Source of the DNA: Stramenopiles sp. TOSAG23-2
Taxonomy: Eukaryota
Direction of reading: 5' to 3'
Assembly: GCA_900128395.1 (NCBI GenBank)
Contig: LT649301.1
Location: 1-41,626, forward strand
Length of the DNA stretch: 41,626 nt
In this document: piece after piece, positions 40,882 to 41,626 of the stretch
How the letters are laid out: every line of letters begins with the position of its first letter
Position numbering within the stretch: position 1 is the first letter of the stretch
Notes under the pieces: generated by a model
What the model saw: only the letters and a program-made list of their open reading frames with translations
Database searches by the model: none
Told to the model about the DNA's origin: nothing
Program-made: the position numbers and the translations under genes

Positions 40882-41626
40882 ATGAATGGTATAGTGAAAT
40901 ATTCATCTGTGCATGTAAAGATACAGCATGATGAAATTTTTAAGTTTATAATTAAAACAGGGTTACAAAATATATTTGAATTTATCAAATATATTGATTT
41001 TGAAAATAAAAAAGCATCAACTGCACAGTTAGAACAACAAATCGTATTTAATTTTTTCCCACATATTGAAAAGTTTCGAAATAATGTTGAAAAAATACAA
41101 GATTTAATGGTTGAAATGGATATTCCTGTACAAATATTATCTAATAAAAATCAAATATCTACGCTAGAAGGTATAAAAGATTATTTGACTGATACAAAAG
41201 GTCGAAATATTTTCTTATCCGAATGTATTGACCTCAGTAATAACGTGCTTGCTGAAACTCGCAATATACGAAATATTCTCTCTGACGATAAAAATATTCA
41301 CAGCAAGAAAACCGAAGAGGAAAAATCAATTAATGAAAAATGCGTACGTCGGTTATTGTCAATAAAACATGATCTTTCTATGTGGAAATTTGTGATTCAT
41401 GTTTTATCGTTAATAAATTTATCTGCATCAGCTTTTACACCAATTAATGAAAAAAAGAAAGATAATAAAAATAATTCCACTACTAGCAACAGTAGCAGTA
41501 ATAATAATGGTAGTAATTTTAGTAGTAGCAATGACAACAGGAATGATGAAGCAGAAGAAAATGATAATGGGGCAAATGAAACAAGTAAAGATAAAATATC
41601 AAAAAAAGACATCCTTGTATATTATG
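40882..41626 (+). CDS. Partial uncharacterised protein (248 codons, runs off the window end; absent from the ORF track)
   Basis: ATG at 40882 after a (GT)n 5' region; stop-free frame MNGIVKYSSVHVKIQHDEIFKF...SSSNDNRNDEAEENDNGANETSKDKISKKDILVYY. Confidence 0.75.
   Translation, partial: MNGIVKYSSVHVKIQHDEIFKFIIKTGLQNIFEFIKYIDFENKKASTAQLEQQIVFNFFPHIEKFRNNVEKIQDLMVEMDIPVQILSNKNQISTLEGIKDYLTDTKGRNIFLSECIDLSNNVLAETRNIRNILSDDKNIHSKKTEEEKSINEKCVRRLLSIKHDLSMWKFVIHVLSLINLSASAFTPINEKKKDNKNNSTTSNSSSNNNGSNFSSSNDNRNDEAEENDNGANETSKDKISKKDILVYY
41531..41626. repeat. Exact 96-bp inverted copy of 30612-30707
   Basis: Base-by-base reverse-complement identity; truncated by the window end. Confidence 0.95.

Overview
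AT-rich, gene-dense, intron-poor eukaryotic (protist) genomic DNA read in the standard code. A heterotrophic stramenopile-like organism is inferred but not proven. There are about 19 genes, in almost perfect head-to-head/tail-to-tail alternation. Confidently recognisable by motif: an SDR/retinol-dehydrogenase-like enzyme, an At4g15545-like protein, a pirin, a stand-alone fused glutamine-dependent carbamoyl-phosphate synthetase, a calcyphosin-like protein, PDS5, a two-exon EF-hand mitochondrial carrier and gamma-tubulin complex component GCP4. Most notable oddities: (1) GCP4 carries an in-frame ~335-aa insertion resembling a degenerate L-type (legume/ConA) lectin; (2) a DnaJ substrate-binding domain whose J-domain is replaced by a membrane anchor; (3) an exact 96-bp inverted repeat linking two unrelated ORFs 11 kb apart, in frame in both; (4) a back-to-back junction of two apparently 5'-truncated genes, one a beta/gamma-crystallin; (5) a CudA-like/Tudor/Zn-finger putative transcription factor; (6) a CaaX-tailed glutaredoxin-like protein; (7) a spliced 104-aa membrane microprotein that the ORF track misses. 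No rRNA, tRNA or CRISPR was recognised. All family calls come from by-eye motif recognition, not database searches.
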